Assembly (NCBI GenBank): GCA_949427775.1
Contig: CASQEL010000001.1
Location: 1 to 31,921, forward strand
Source: an uncultured Desulfovibrionaceae bacterium
GTDB lineage: Bacteria; Desulfobacterota; Desulfovibrionia; Desulfovibrionales; Desulfovibrionaceae
Direction: 5' to 3'
Length of the DNA stretch: 31,921 bases
Under the pieces are notes generated by a model that had not been told where the DNA came from, ran no database searches, and was given only the letters and a program-made list of their open reading frames with translations. Both the position numbers and the translations under genes were made by a program. This document shows, in pieces, positions 16,954 through 24,803 of this stretch; the first letter of the stretch is position 1, and the number at the start of each line of letters is the position of its first letter.

Positions 16954-17190
16954 TTAATACCGTTCGGGCACGCTGTGCGGCGGCACCGTGGCCTCGCCGC
17001 CGTCGTCCAGCAATTCCTGAAGTGCGCGCAGGCGCTCCTCGCTGACGGCCAGACGTTTTTCCAGGGCGTCGATTTGGAACTGCTGGCGTGTCAGCGCGTC
17101 ATTCAGGGCCTCGATGGCAGTTTCCTGAAAGAAACTGTTTTCCTCAAGGCGACTCAAGCGTTCATCAAGTGTGGACAGCGTTCCGGGCAT
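16954..17190 (-). CDS. slyX: SlyX family protein
   Basis: LDERLSRLEENSFFQETAIEALNDALTRQQFQIDALE..ATVPPHS pattern. Confidence 0.85.
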   Translation of the reverse strand: MPGTLSTLDERLSRLEENSFFQETAIEALNDALTRQQFQIDALEKRLAVSEERLRALQELLDDGGEATVPPHSVPERY

Positions 17191-17191
17191 G

Positions 17192-19048
17192 TCAGGTTCC
17201 TCTGCGTCGTCGCGCGGGAAGATCTGTATGACGGGATGCCGGACGCCGCGCGCCGTCGGCCGGTTTCCGCGGGGTGTCCCGTCCGAAAGAGGGCATCAGA
17301 ATGCGATGCTGGCGCAGACGCTCGGCGTCGGTGCGGGCTACGTACAGTGGGTTGCCCCGTTCGTCCGCGCCCGCGTAAAACATGGCCGTAGCCACGGTGC
17401 CCGGCGTGGGGATGAAGCACTGCACCTGTTGCGGCTTCCAGCCGCGCACGGCCAGCCGGCGCGCCAGCTCCCGCATGTCCTCGTCCGTGCAGCCGGGAAA
17501 GCCGCTCATGAGATAGGGAACCACATACTGTTCCCGTCCGGCCTGACGGCTGTTGCGGCGGAATGCCGCCAAAAAACGCTCGAATATTTCCAGAGGAGGT
17601 TTGCGCATCAGGCGCAGTACCGCGTCGGAACAATGTTCCGGGGCCACCTTGAGCTGACCGCCCGTAAATTCTTTGGTATAGGCGTACACGGCCTCGTCGT
17701 CCCGCAGGGCCAGGTCGGCGCGGATGCCGCTGGCCACACGGACGTGTTTGATGCCGGGCAGATCGCGGATAGCGCGCAGCAGCGCCACGTGGCGACGCTG
17801 CGGAGTGATGAAGGATTTGCAGGGCGTGGGGTGGCAGCAACTGGCGCGACGGCAGGATGCGCCCCCCAACGCGCAATGGGCCTGCCACATGTTGGCCGTG
17901 GGCCCGCCTACATCGGAGATAGCTCCGGAGAACCGCGGGCGCCGGGCCATGCGCCGCACTTCCTCCAGGATGGATTCTTCGGATCGTGAACTGATGCGCC
18001 GTCCCTGATGCAGAGCCAGAGAACAGAAGCTGCATCCGCCGCCGCAGCCGCGGTGGCTGGTCACGCTGGCGCGCAGCATTTCCTCGGCCGGTATGGCGGC
18101 GGTATAGGAGGGGTGCGCGGCCCTGGCGAAGGGCAGTCCGTACAGACGGTCCATTTCTTCCGTGCTTAGCGGCGCGGCGGGCGGAGCCAGAATGACGGCT
18201 CGCGTTCCCACGGACTGCACGGCGTAGCTGTCGCCCTTATGGACCTGACGTTCCAGGGCCAGCGTGGCGTGCAGCAATTGGAGGGGGTCGGCTTCCATGG
18301 CCTCGTGGCTCGGCAGACGGATCACCGGCGCATCGGTCGGCAGCTGATCCGGCGCGGCGATTCGGGCCGTGCCGGGAATGTCGGCCAGGGATTCTCCCGC
18401 GGCGCAGCGCCGTGCCGTCTCCAGCACGGCCCGTTCGCCCATGCCGTAGATCAGCAGATCAGCCTTGGCGTCCAGCAGAATGGAGCGGCGGAGAGCGTCC
18501 GTCCAGAAATCGTAGTGGGTGATCCGGCGCAACGAGGCTTCGATGCCTCCCAGAATGACGGGAAGTCCGGGAAACGCCCGACGGACGAGATTGGCGTAGA
18601 CGATGCATGCCCGATTGGGGCGGGCTCCGGCGTTGCCGCCCGGCGTATAGGCGTCGTCATGCCGTTTTTTGCGAAAGGCCGTGTAGTGAGCGAGCAGAGA
18701 GTCCAGCGCTCCGGCCGTGACCCCGGCGAACAGACGGGGACGCCCCATGCGGGCGATGTCTTCCGCGTCCTGCCAGCGCGGTTGGGCGACGAGTCCCACC
18801 CGGTAGCCGTGCGCCGTCAGCCAGCGCCCCAGCAGGGCGACGCCGAAGGCCGGGTGATCCACATACGCATCCCCGGTCACAAAAAGAATATCCAGCGCAT
18901 CCCAGCCGAGAACCCGCATTTCCTCCCGCGACATGGGCAGGAATGCGGGTTGCTCTCCGGCATGCGAGGCGGTTCCGCGCCCGGGCGGACACACGTCCTG
19001 TCCGGGTACGGGAAAAGAAGGCTGCCGCCCTGTGCGTCGGGCAGACAC
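17192..19048 (-). CDS. ygiQ: YgiQ (UPF0313) family radical SAM protein
   Basis: [46 protein letters not shown] (CxxxCxxC), [16 protein letters not shown]. Start is uncertain. Confidence 0.93.
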   Translation of the reverse strand: MSARRTGRQPSFPVPGQDVCPPGRGTASHAGEQPAFLPMSREEMRVLGWDALDILFVTGDAYVDHPAFGVALLGRWLTAHGYRVGLVAQPRWQDAEDIARMGRPRLFAGVTAGALDSLLAHYTAFRKKRHDDAYTPGGNAGARPNRACIVYANLVRRAFPGLPVILGGIEASLRRITHYDFWTDALRRSILLDAKADLLIYGMGERAVLETARRCAAGESLADIPGTARIAAPDQLPTDAPVIRLPSHEAMEADPLQLLHATLALERQVHKGDSYAVQSVGTRAVILAPPAAPLSTEEMDRLYGLPFARAAHPSYTAAIPAEEMLRASVTSHRGCGGGCSFCSLALHQGRRISSRSEESILEEVRRMARRPRFSGAISDVGGPTANMWQAHCALGGASCRRASCCHPTPCKSFITPQRRHVALLRAIRDLPGIKHVRVASGIRADLALRDDEAVYAYTKEFTGGQLKVAPEHCSDAVLRLMRKPPLEIFERFLAAFRRNSRQAGREQYVVPYLMSGFPGCTDEDMRELARRLAVRGWKPQQVQCFIPTPGTVATAMFYAGADERGNPLYVARTDAERLRQHRILMPSFGRDTPRKPADGARRPASRHTDLPARRRRGT

Positions 19049-19050
19049 GG

Positions 19051-19530
19051 CTACCTGGAGGGGGGCATGATCATGGGTTTGCCTTCGGGGGCCTTGCCTC
19101 GCGCCGGGGCCATGCCCTTGTGGTGCTGTTCAAGAAAGCGTGCCCACTCTTCCATGGAAATCTTTCCGTTCTTGTCCGTGTCTATGCTTTCAAACGCGCC
19201 CTTCTGCATTTTGGGAAAAACACGCTGAAAATCTTCCCAGGAAGCGTACCCGTCGCCATCTGTATCCATTTGCAGGAATCTGCCCGCGGCGCGCTGCCAT
19301 TCCTCGATGGAAATGCCGCCGTCCCTGTCGGCGTCCAGAGCATCAAAAACGTTTTGGGAGAGGCCGGGATAGGTTTTTCGGAATTCTTCCCAGGTGACTT
19401 TGCCGTTCTTGTCGGCGTCCATCCGCACAAATTTTTTCGCGGCATCCGTCGTCGGCGCGGTATCCGCCGCCAGGGCCGGAACAGCTTCGATCAGCAACAA
19501 ACACAGGGAGATCAGGAGCAATTTTTTCAT
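19051..19530 (-). CDS. Secreted protein with four EF-hand motifs
   Basis: Signal peptide [21 protein letters not shown]; loops [48 protein letters not shown]. Confidence 0.88.
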   Translation of the reverse strand: MKKLLLISLCLLLIEAVPALAADTAPTTDAAKKFVRMDADKNGKVTWEEFRKTYPGLSQNVFDALDADRDGGISIEEWQRAAGRFLQMDTDGDGYASWEDFQRVFPKMQKGAFESIDTDKNGKISMEEWARFLEQHHKGMAPARGKAPEGKPMIMPPSR

Positions 19531-19561
19531 ATTTTGCCTCGTCGAAAGAGGATCGTTGCTT

Positions 19562-19912
19562 TCAATCATCCTTTTCCCGGACCTCTTTCCAGGGGGAAGG
19601 ATTGCCGCACCTGGAACACCGTTCCTGCCCGGCCCAGACGGCGTCCCCGCAGTAGCGGCAGAGCGTGGAGCGGGGCGGCGGCACGTCGCGGCGACAGTGG
19701 GAACACACGCCGGCCTGCCAGGGAATGATCCGCAGGCAGAAAGGGCAGGGACGCCATACGCCTTGCTGCGGCAGGCGCGGCAACGCCGACAGAATCAGCA
19801 GCATCAAAGGGAGAAGCCCGCAGGCCACCGTCCAGAAAAAAACAGCGCGCCCCTTGTTGTAGGCCACAACGCCGCCCAGAATGCCGCCCAGGATCATCGC
19901 CGCCAGGTACAT
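19562..19912 (-). CDS. Membrane protein with double zinc ribbon
   Basis: Two N-terminal hydrophobic segments; CPFC..CSHC and CRYC..CSRC. Confidence 0.8.
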   Translation of the reverse strand: MYLAAMILGGILGGVVAYNKGRAVFFWTVACGLLPLMLLILSALPRLPQQGVWRPCPFCLRIIPWQAGVCSHCRRDVPPPRSTLCRYCGDAVWAGQERCSRCGNPSPWKEVREKDD

Positions 19913-19935
19913 GACATCCCCTTCAGCATACGCGC

Positions 19936-20856
19936 CTATGCGCGGTCAAACAGCGCGGTGGAAAGATAACGCTCTCCCGTGTCGCAAATCAAGGTGACAA
20001 TACGCTTCCCGGCCATTTCCGGCCGCCGGGCGAGCTGGAGAGCCGCCCAGACGTTGGCCCCGGAGGAAATGCCGCCGTTGATGCCTTCCCGAGAGAGCAG
20101 TTGCCGGGCCGTTTCCAGGGCGTCGTCGCCTTCCACTGTGATGATTTCGTCCAGCAGGGCGCGATCCAGCACCGCGGGCACAAAACCCGCGCCGATGCCC
20201 TGGATGGGGTGCGGACCGGGCTTGCCGCCGGAAAGCACGGGCGACGCGGCGGGTTCCACGGCGCAGACGCACAGTCCGGGGATGTGCTCTTTCAGATAGC
20301 GCCCGGCGCCCGTAATCGTGCCGCCGGTGCCGACCCCGGCCACCAGAGCCGCCGCCTGTCCCTGTGTTTCCCGGAAGATTTCCGGTCCCGTGGAGACATA
20401 ATGGGCCGCCACCACGTCGGGATTGGTGAACTGCCCCAGCAGGACCGCGCCGGGCGTGGCCGCCGTCAGCCGCTCGGCTTCCCGGACAGCTCCGCCCATG
20501 CCTTCGGCGGCGGGCGTCAGCACGAGTTCCGCTCCCAGGGCGGCCAGCAGCTTGCGGCGCTCCAGACTCATGCTTTCCGGCATGGTCAGCACGCATTTCA
20601 GACCCTTGACCGCGGCCACCATGGCCAGGCCGATACCCGTGTTGCCGCTGGTGGGTTCCACCAGCGTGCCGCCGGGCGGCAACGCGCCGCGCTCCAGAGC
20701 CCGTTCCACCATATAGACGCCGATGCGGTCCTTGATCGAACCGCCGGGATTGCGATTCTCCAGTTTGACCCATACTTCGGCGGCGCAGTCGGCGGCCAAA
20801 GCGTGCAGCCGCACCAGCGGGGTCGCGCCGACGGCTTCCAGTATATGTTGCAACAT
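19936..20856 (-). CDS. cysK: Cysteine synthase A (O-acetylserine sulfhydrylase)
   Basis: KLENRNPGGSIKDRIG, EPTSGNTGIGLA, GVGTGGTITG, PHPIQGIGAGF, GISSGA. Start reassigned to ATG 20856 (GAGGGA RBS). Confidence 0.96.
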   Translation of the reverse strand: MLQHILEAVGATPLVRLHALAADCAAEVWVKLENRNPGGSIKDRIGVYMVERALERGALPPGGTLVEPTSGNTGIGLAMVAAVKGLKCVLTMPESMSLERRKLLAALGAELVLTPAAEGMGGAVREAERLTAATPGAVLLGQFTNPDVVAAHYVSTGPEIFRETQGQAAALVAGVGTGGTITGAGRYLKEHIPGLCVCAVEPAASPVLSGGKPGPHPIQGIGAGFVPAVLDRALLDEIITVEGDDALETARQLLSREGINGGISSGANVWAALQLARRPEMAGKRIVTLICDTGERYLSTALFDRA

Positions 20857-20941
20857 GAAGTCCCTCGCATTTTTTATGGAATGTACGTCAAACGGCGGCA
20901 AAGCGGAAGATGCTTTTGCCTGCCGACGGCACGAAGCGGGA

Positions 20942-20970
20942 TTGACAAAAACTTCATCCCATTACACCAT
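20942..20970 (+). promoter_or_regulatory. Putative sigma70 promoter of the ABC permease
   Basis: TTGACA, 17 nt, then CACCAT, ending 8 nt before ATG 20979. Confidence 0.45.
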
Positions 20971-20978
20971 TCTTCATT

Positions 20979-21764
20979 ATGAAATCGCTTTTCCGTCGCC
21001 GCCGAATCTTCTGGACTCTCGTCGTCCTTGCGGCGATCTGTCTGATGATCCGGGTATGGTCGGGCGATGACGGCGGCGTGTCCTATGATTGGCAGTGGCG
21101 GCGGGCGTTGCGGCAGCTGGGCGTCTTTCGGGAAGGGCATTTTCAGCCCGGCCCGTTGCTGGAGGGCCTGGCGTTGACCCTGCGCATTGTGGGCGCAAGT
21201 CTCGTTCTTGCGGTCTGCATGGGGCTGGCCTCAGCCGTGTTGCGCGTCGCGCCGTCGGCTGTGGGACGCCTGCTGTCTCTGTTGTATGTGGGCACGGTGC
21301 GGAATACGCCGTTGCTGATGCAGTTGTTTGCGGTCTATTTTGTGGCCGCTCCGATATTGGGACTCTCGCCGTTCTGGGCCGCGGTATTGGCCTTGTCGGC
21401 CTTTGAGGGCGCATACATGGCGGAAATATTCCGCGCGGGCATCGAAGGGGTGCCCCGCCGGCAGTGGGATGCGGCCTACAGTCTGGGCATGCCGCCGTAC
21501 ATGGCGTTTGTTTGGGTGGCGCTGCCCCAGGCGCTGCGGCGGGTGTTGCCGCCGCTGGTCGGACAGACGGTGTCCCTGATCAAGGATTCCGCTCTGGTCA
21601 GCGCCGTCGCCCTGCCCGATCTGACCATGCGCGCTCAGGCCGCCATCGCGGATACCTTTCTCTCGCTGGAATTGTGGAGCATGGTGGCGGCGATATATCT
21701 CCTGTTGACATTGGCCGTGTCCTTGCCCGCCCGCTGGCTGGAAGGGCGGCTGGCCTGGGACTAG
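20979..21764 (+). CDS. Polar amino acid ABC transporter permease
   Basis: VRNTPLLMQL; EGAYMAEIFRAGIEGVPRRQWDAAYSLG (EAA loop); LIKDSALV. Confidence 0.92.
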   Translation: MKSLFRRRRIFWTLVVLAAICLMIRVWSGDDGGVSYDWQWRRALRQLGVFREGHFQPGPLLEGLALTLRIVGASLVLAVCMGLASAVLRVAPSAVGRLLSLLYVGTVRNTPLLMQLFAVYFVAAPILGLSPFWAAVLALSAFEGAYMAEIFRAGIEGVPRRQWDAAYSLGMPPYMAFVWVALPQALRRVLPPLVGQTVSLIKDSALVSAVALPDLTMRAQAAIADTFLSLELWSMVAAIYLLLTLAVSLPARWLEGRLAWD

Positions 21765-21913
21765 TACCGCATAACACAAAATACTTCGTATTTTGCGTCA
21801 AGATCATTTGCCGAAAAACGCGGTTTTCGGCTCATTCACGGCGACTACGCCGCTGTGTCATGCTCTCGCATGGCGGCTAGTACACAGAAACTTTAGATGT
21901 TTTTGTGTACTGG
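21761..21913. repeat. 153-bp CTAG-bounded multi-hairpin element, copy 2
   Basis: Same length and orientation as 1626-1778; its first CTAG contains the permease stop codon. Confidence 0.9.
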
Positions 21914-22227
21914 TAGGCGGATGCCGAACAGGCGGCTTGTCTTGCATGACCGTATCCGGGTATATCTGATGCCCGGCACGGCGGATTTTTTAACCGGCGT
22001 TCTTTCTCCGAAGATTCTTTGCTCCCGGAGTTCCCTTGGCGGGTCGCTTGCGCATGACGCCCCGCGTTCCGTCGACGGACAGTTTCCTGGACTTTGGGAA
22101 GGGGCAATCGATGACAGCCCGGCGATGGAAATCCGGACGGAGGAGCCGGGCCTCCGGCGGTGTCCCCGCGGGCTTTCGACGTCCTGACGGGAGAGAGCGC
22201 AGATCATAATCATAAAGGAAGTTTGTC

Positions 22228-23037
22228 ATGCAACGATTGTTTTCTCTGATGATGGTTATGGCGTTGTGCTGCGTCGCCGCTACGGCATGGGCCGCCTCCG
22301 GGCAGACGCGGGGCGCTCTGGACGAAGCCGCCGGACGGGGCACGCTGCGGGTGGGCATTTCCTCGTTCGTGCCCTGGGCCATGCAGGATAAAACGGGAAA
22401 ATACGTGGGGTTTGAAGTGGATGTGGCGACACGGCTGGCCCAGGATCTCGGCCTGGAGCTCGAACTGATCCCCACGCGCTGGTCGGGCATCATCCCCGCG
22501 CTGCTCACCGGGAAGTTCGACGTGATCATCTGCAGCCTGTCCGTCACCCCGGAACGGGCGCTGAAAGTGAATTTCTCCATCCCTTATGACTATGCGGGCA
22601 TCGAGGCCGTGGCCCACCGCAAGGCCGCCGCGGGCAAGACGACGCTGGAAGATTTCAACACGCCCGAGACCGTGGTGGCCCTGCGCACGGGGAGCACGCC
22701 CGTGGCGGTGGCCAAGCGGATATTGCCCAAAGCCGCCTTGCGCCTGTTCGATGAGGAAGCCGCCGCCGTGCAGGAAGTGCTGTCCGGCCGGGCGCAGATA
22801 TTTTTTACGTCCGCGCCGCTGGGCACGCTGGAAGCGCTCCGCGCTCCGGACACGCTGTCCGTCGTGACCAGGGAGCTGCTGAGTCCCCAGCCTGTGGCCA
22901 TGGCGGTGCGCAAGGGGGACTTCAACACCATCAACGTGCTGGACAGTTGGATACGGCTTGTGGACGCCGAAGGCTGGTTGGACGCGCGCCGGAAGTACTG
23001 GTTCAAGGGCCGGGATTGGGAAAAGGCGATGCAGTGA
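22228..23037 (+). CDS. Polar amino acid ABC transporter substrate-binding protein (family 3)
   Basis: Signal peptide; YVGFEVDVATRLA, WSGIIPALLTGKFDVII, NFSIPY. Confidence 0.92.
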   Translation: MQRLFSLMMVMALCCVAATAWAASGQTRGALDEAAGRGTLRVGISSFVPWAMQDKTGKYVGFEVDVATRLAQDLGLELELIPTRWSGIIPALLTGKFDVIICSLSVTPERALKVNFSIPYDYAGIEAVAHRKAAAGKTTLEDFNTPETVVALRTGSTPVAVAKRILPKAALRLFDEEAAAVQEVLSGRAQIFFTSAPLGTLEALRAPDTLSVVTRELLSPQPVAMAVRKGDFNTINVLDSWIRLVDAEGWLDARRKYWFKGRDWEKAMQ

Positions 23038-23864
23038 TGTTTGTCGCAACGGAGCAGTTTTCGGAACAGGTGCGCGCCGCCGTCAATCCGGCCGGTCGAA
23101 TTTCGGAAGTCGCGTTGCGGGATCTGGCCGCCGCGGCTGATCTGACGCTTCTGGAAGCGCAGCAGCACGCCTGCGCCGCGGGCGTGCTGCCGGAGCGCTA
23201 TGCCCGGAACATGCGGCAGTTGACCGTGGAGCAGCAGGGGCGTCTCCTGGGGGGACGTGTGCTGGTGGTGGGTCTGGGCGGCCTGGGCGGCCATGTCGTG
23301 GATATGCTGGCGCGTATGGGCGTGGGCAGGATCAGCGGAGCGGACGGCGATGTTTTTGAAGAGTCCAACGCCAACCGGCAGATGCTGGCGGATACGGCCA
23401 CGTTAGGCCATCCCAAAACCGAGGCCGCCGCCCGTCATATCCTGCGGGTGAATCCCGCCGTGCAGTTTACGCCGCTGCATACGTTCCTGAGGGGAGCGGC
23501 GCTGGACGCCGCGGCCCGCGAGGTTGACGTGGTGGTGGACGCCCTGGGCGGCCTGCGCGATCGGGGCGCTGTGGAGGCCGCGGCCGCGCGGGCGGGTGTG
23601 CCTCTGGTCAGCGCCGGCATCGCCGGATTGACCGGGTGGTGCATGGTCGTGCGGCCGGGCGAACGCGGTCCGGCCATGCTGCTGGGCGATCCGGACGGCC
23701 CGGGCGGCGCGGAAGAACTGTTGGGCAATCTCGCGCCCACAGTGGCCATGGCCGCCGCTCTCCAGAGCGCGGCGGTCATGAAGCTTCTGACAGGGTTGCC
23801 TGTGCGGGAGGGAATGATCATCTTCGATCTGGAAGATGCGACCATGGACCGTATCACGTTATAA
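23037..23864 (+). CDS. HesA/MoeB/ThiF-family (E1-like) adenylyltransferase
   Basis: RYARN, VVGLGGLGG, DGDVFEESNANRQ, PKTEAA, VVVDALG; lacks the Zn-binding CxxC pairs. Start at ATG 23037 overlaps the SBP TGA. Confidence 0.88.
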   Translation: MFVATEQFSEQVRAAVNPAGRISEVALRDLAAAADLTLLEAQQHACAAGVLPERYARNMRQLTVEQQGRLLGGRVLVVGLGGLGGHVVDMLARMGVGRISGADGDVFEESNANRQMLADTATLGHPKTEAAARHILRVNPAVQFTPLHTFLRGAALDAAAREVDVVVDALGGLRDRGAVEAAAARAGVPLVSAGIAGLTGWCMVVRPGERGPAMLLGDPDGPGGAEELLGNLAPTVAMAAALQSAAVMKLLTGLPVREGMIIFDLEDATMDRITL

Positions 23865-23904
23865 TCTATAACAGAATTTGTTACCGGCAATTCCGGAGGC
23901 ATAT

Positions 23905-24084
23905 ATGGAATGGCAATCAGTCGTGTTGCTCATCGTGGCGGTGCTTGTCACGGCGCTGGTCGGGCGCGTGTTCGGGAAGCCGGGAGGTCTGGGAGGCGGT
24001 TGAGGTCTGCGTCCTCCCGTCCGGCGGACGGAAGACGCCGCGCATGCAAAGGATTCGGAGCATAAAGACGGAGGCGGCGCATGA
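23905..24084 (+). CDS. Unannotated small membrane protein: 32 aa to UGA 24001, or 59 aa if that UGA is read as selenocysteine (GGG-U-G)
   Basis: GGAGG at 23895-23899, TATAAT at 23860-23865, TM helix SVVLLIVAVLVTALV, SECIS-like hairpin after the UGA, terminator-like hairpin plus T-run after 24084. The ORF is well supported; Sec decoding is inference. Confidence 0.6.
24009..24038 (+). promoter_or_regulatory. Bacterial SECIS-like stem-loop
   Basis: Lower stem GCGTC/GACGC, upper stem CCGTCC/GGACGG, apical loop GGC starting 20 nt after the UGA. Confidence 0.45.
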
Positions 24085-24115
24085 GCGTCCCTTTCGGATC
24101 GCCTTTTTGTGTTTA

Positions 24116-24292
24116 GGGTCAGCCCCCGGTAAAACGCCGTCCGCGAAAAACCGAAATTTTTCGGCCTGCAAGGCGCAAGGCAAACATTGGCCGAAGCCGC
24201 CGTGAACCTGCCGCAAGGTCAATGACGGCCGTGCAAGGCCGCGGGACGGAAAAAGGCGGCTTTGCGGCAGGCGGATTCATGAGGGCTGACCC
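24116..24292. other. Candidate structured RNA in the long intergenic region upstream of coo
   Basis: Closing stem GGGTCAGCCC/GGGCTGACCC plus several internal 7-12 bp stems. Confidence 0.3.
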
Positions 24293-24742
24293 CGGGACGG
24301 CGGTGGAGTTTGCGGTACGAAAATTGCGGCGCGGGCATGGGATGCATTCTCTGTGCCGATCATGGAAAATAGTGACGGGGACGGGGGACGCGCCGCCCCT
24401 GACCCGGGTGACGGCATTGCCGGCATATTTTTTTGTTTTCTTTGCCGTGAAAATCGCCTATGTTAGTGAGAAATTTATTCAGGGTGGTTTGCCGTACCGC
24501 AGCGAAACGCTCCGGGAAAGAACGGACCGGGCATGTTCGGGAATACGGACGCGAGGATGCGCCGTTTCTTTCAAGATTTCGACAAGGCGATAATAGCGTG
24601 GCTGCTGCGTGAACGAACTCTTGCCGACCTGATAACGTATGACGGCGGAACATTCCGGTTGTCGGCGGGCGGCAGTGGATGCTTTTTCCGGCAGCGCGCA
24701 TTATGCGCAGACAAACAGTGTTTGAATGTGCAAGCAGGTATA

Positions 24743-24758
24743 AGGCGTTGCGTTTGCA
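24743..24758 (+). promoter_or_regulatory. Possible sigma54 -24/-12 element upstream of cooM
   Basis: AGGCGTTGCGTTTGCA gives GG-N10-GC with TTGCA, about 45 nt before ATG 24804; the -24 half is imperfect. Confidence 0.3.
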
Positions 24759-24803
24759 TTGCGCGGACGCATTTTTCCCGACTTCTCATCTTGGGGCAAC
24801 GAC

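Noticed and set aside
24178-24252. c-di-GMP-I riboswitch resemblance (GGCAAAC..stem..GCAAGGCCGCGGG)
   Set aside because: No GNRA tetraloop on the stem, a 5-nt insertion in the GACGCAAAG junction and no receptor helix. Kept only as a generic structured-RNA candidate.
24620-24675. CooA/CRP-like half sites (GCCGAC, TGTCGGC) upstream of cooM
   Set aside because: The halves are not arranged as a properly spaced palindrome.
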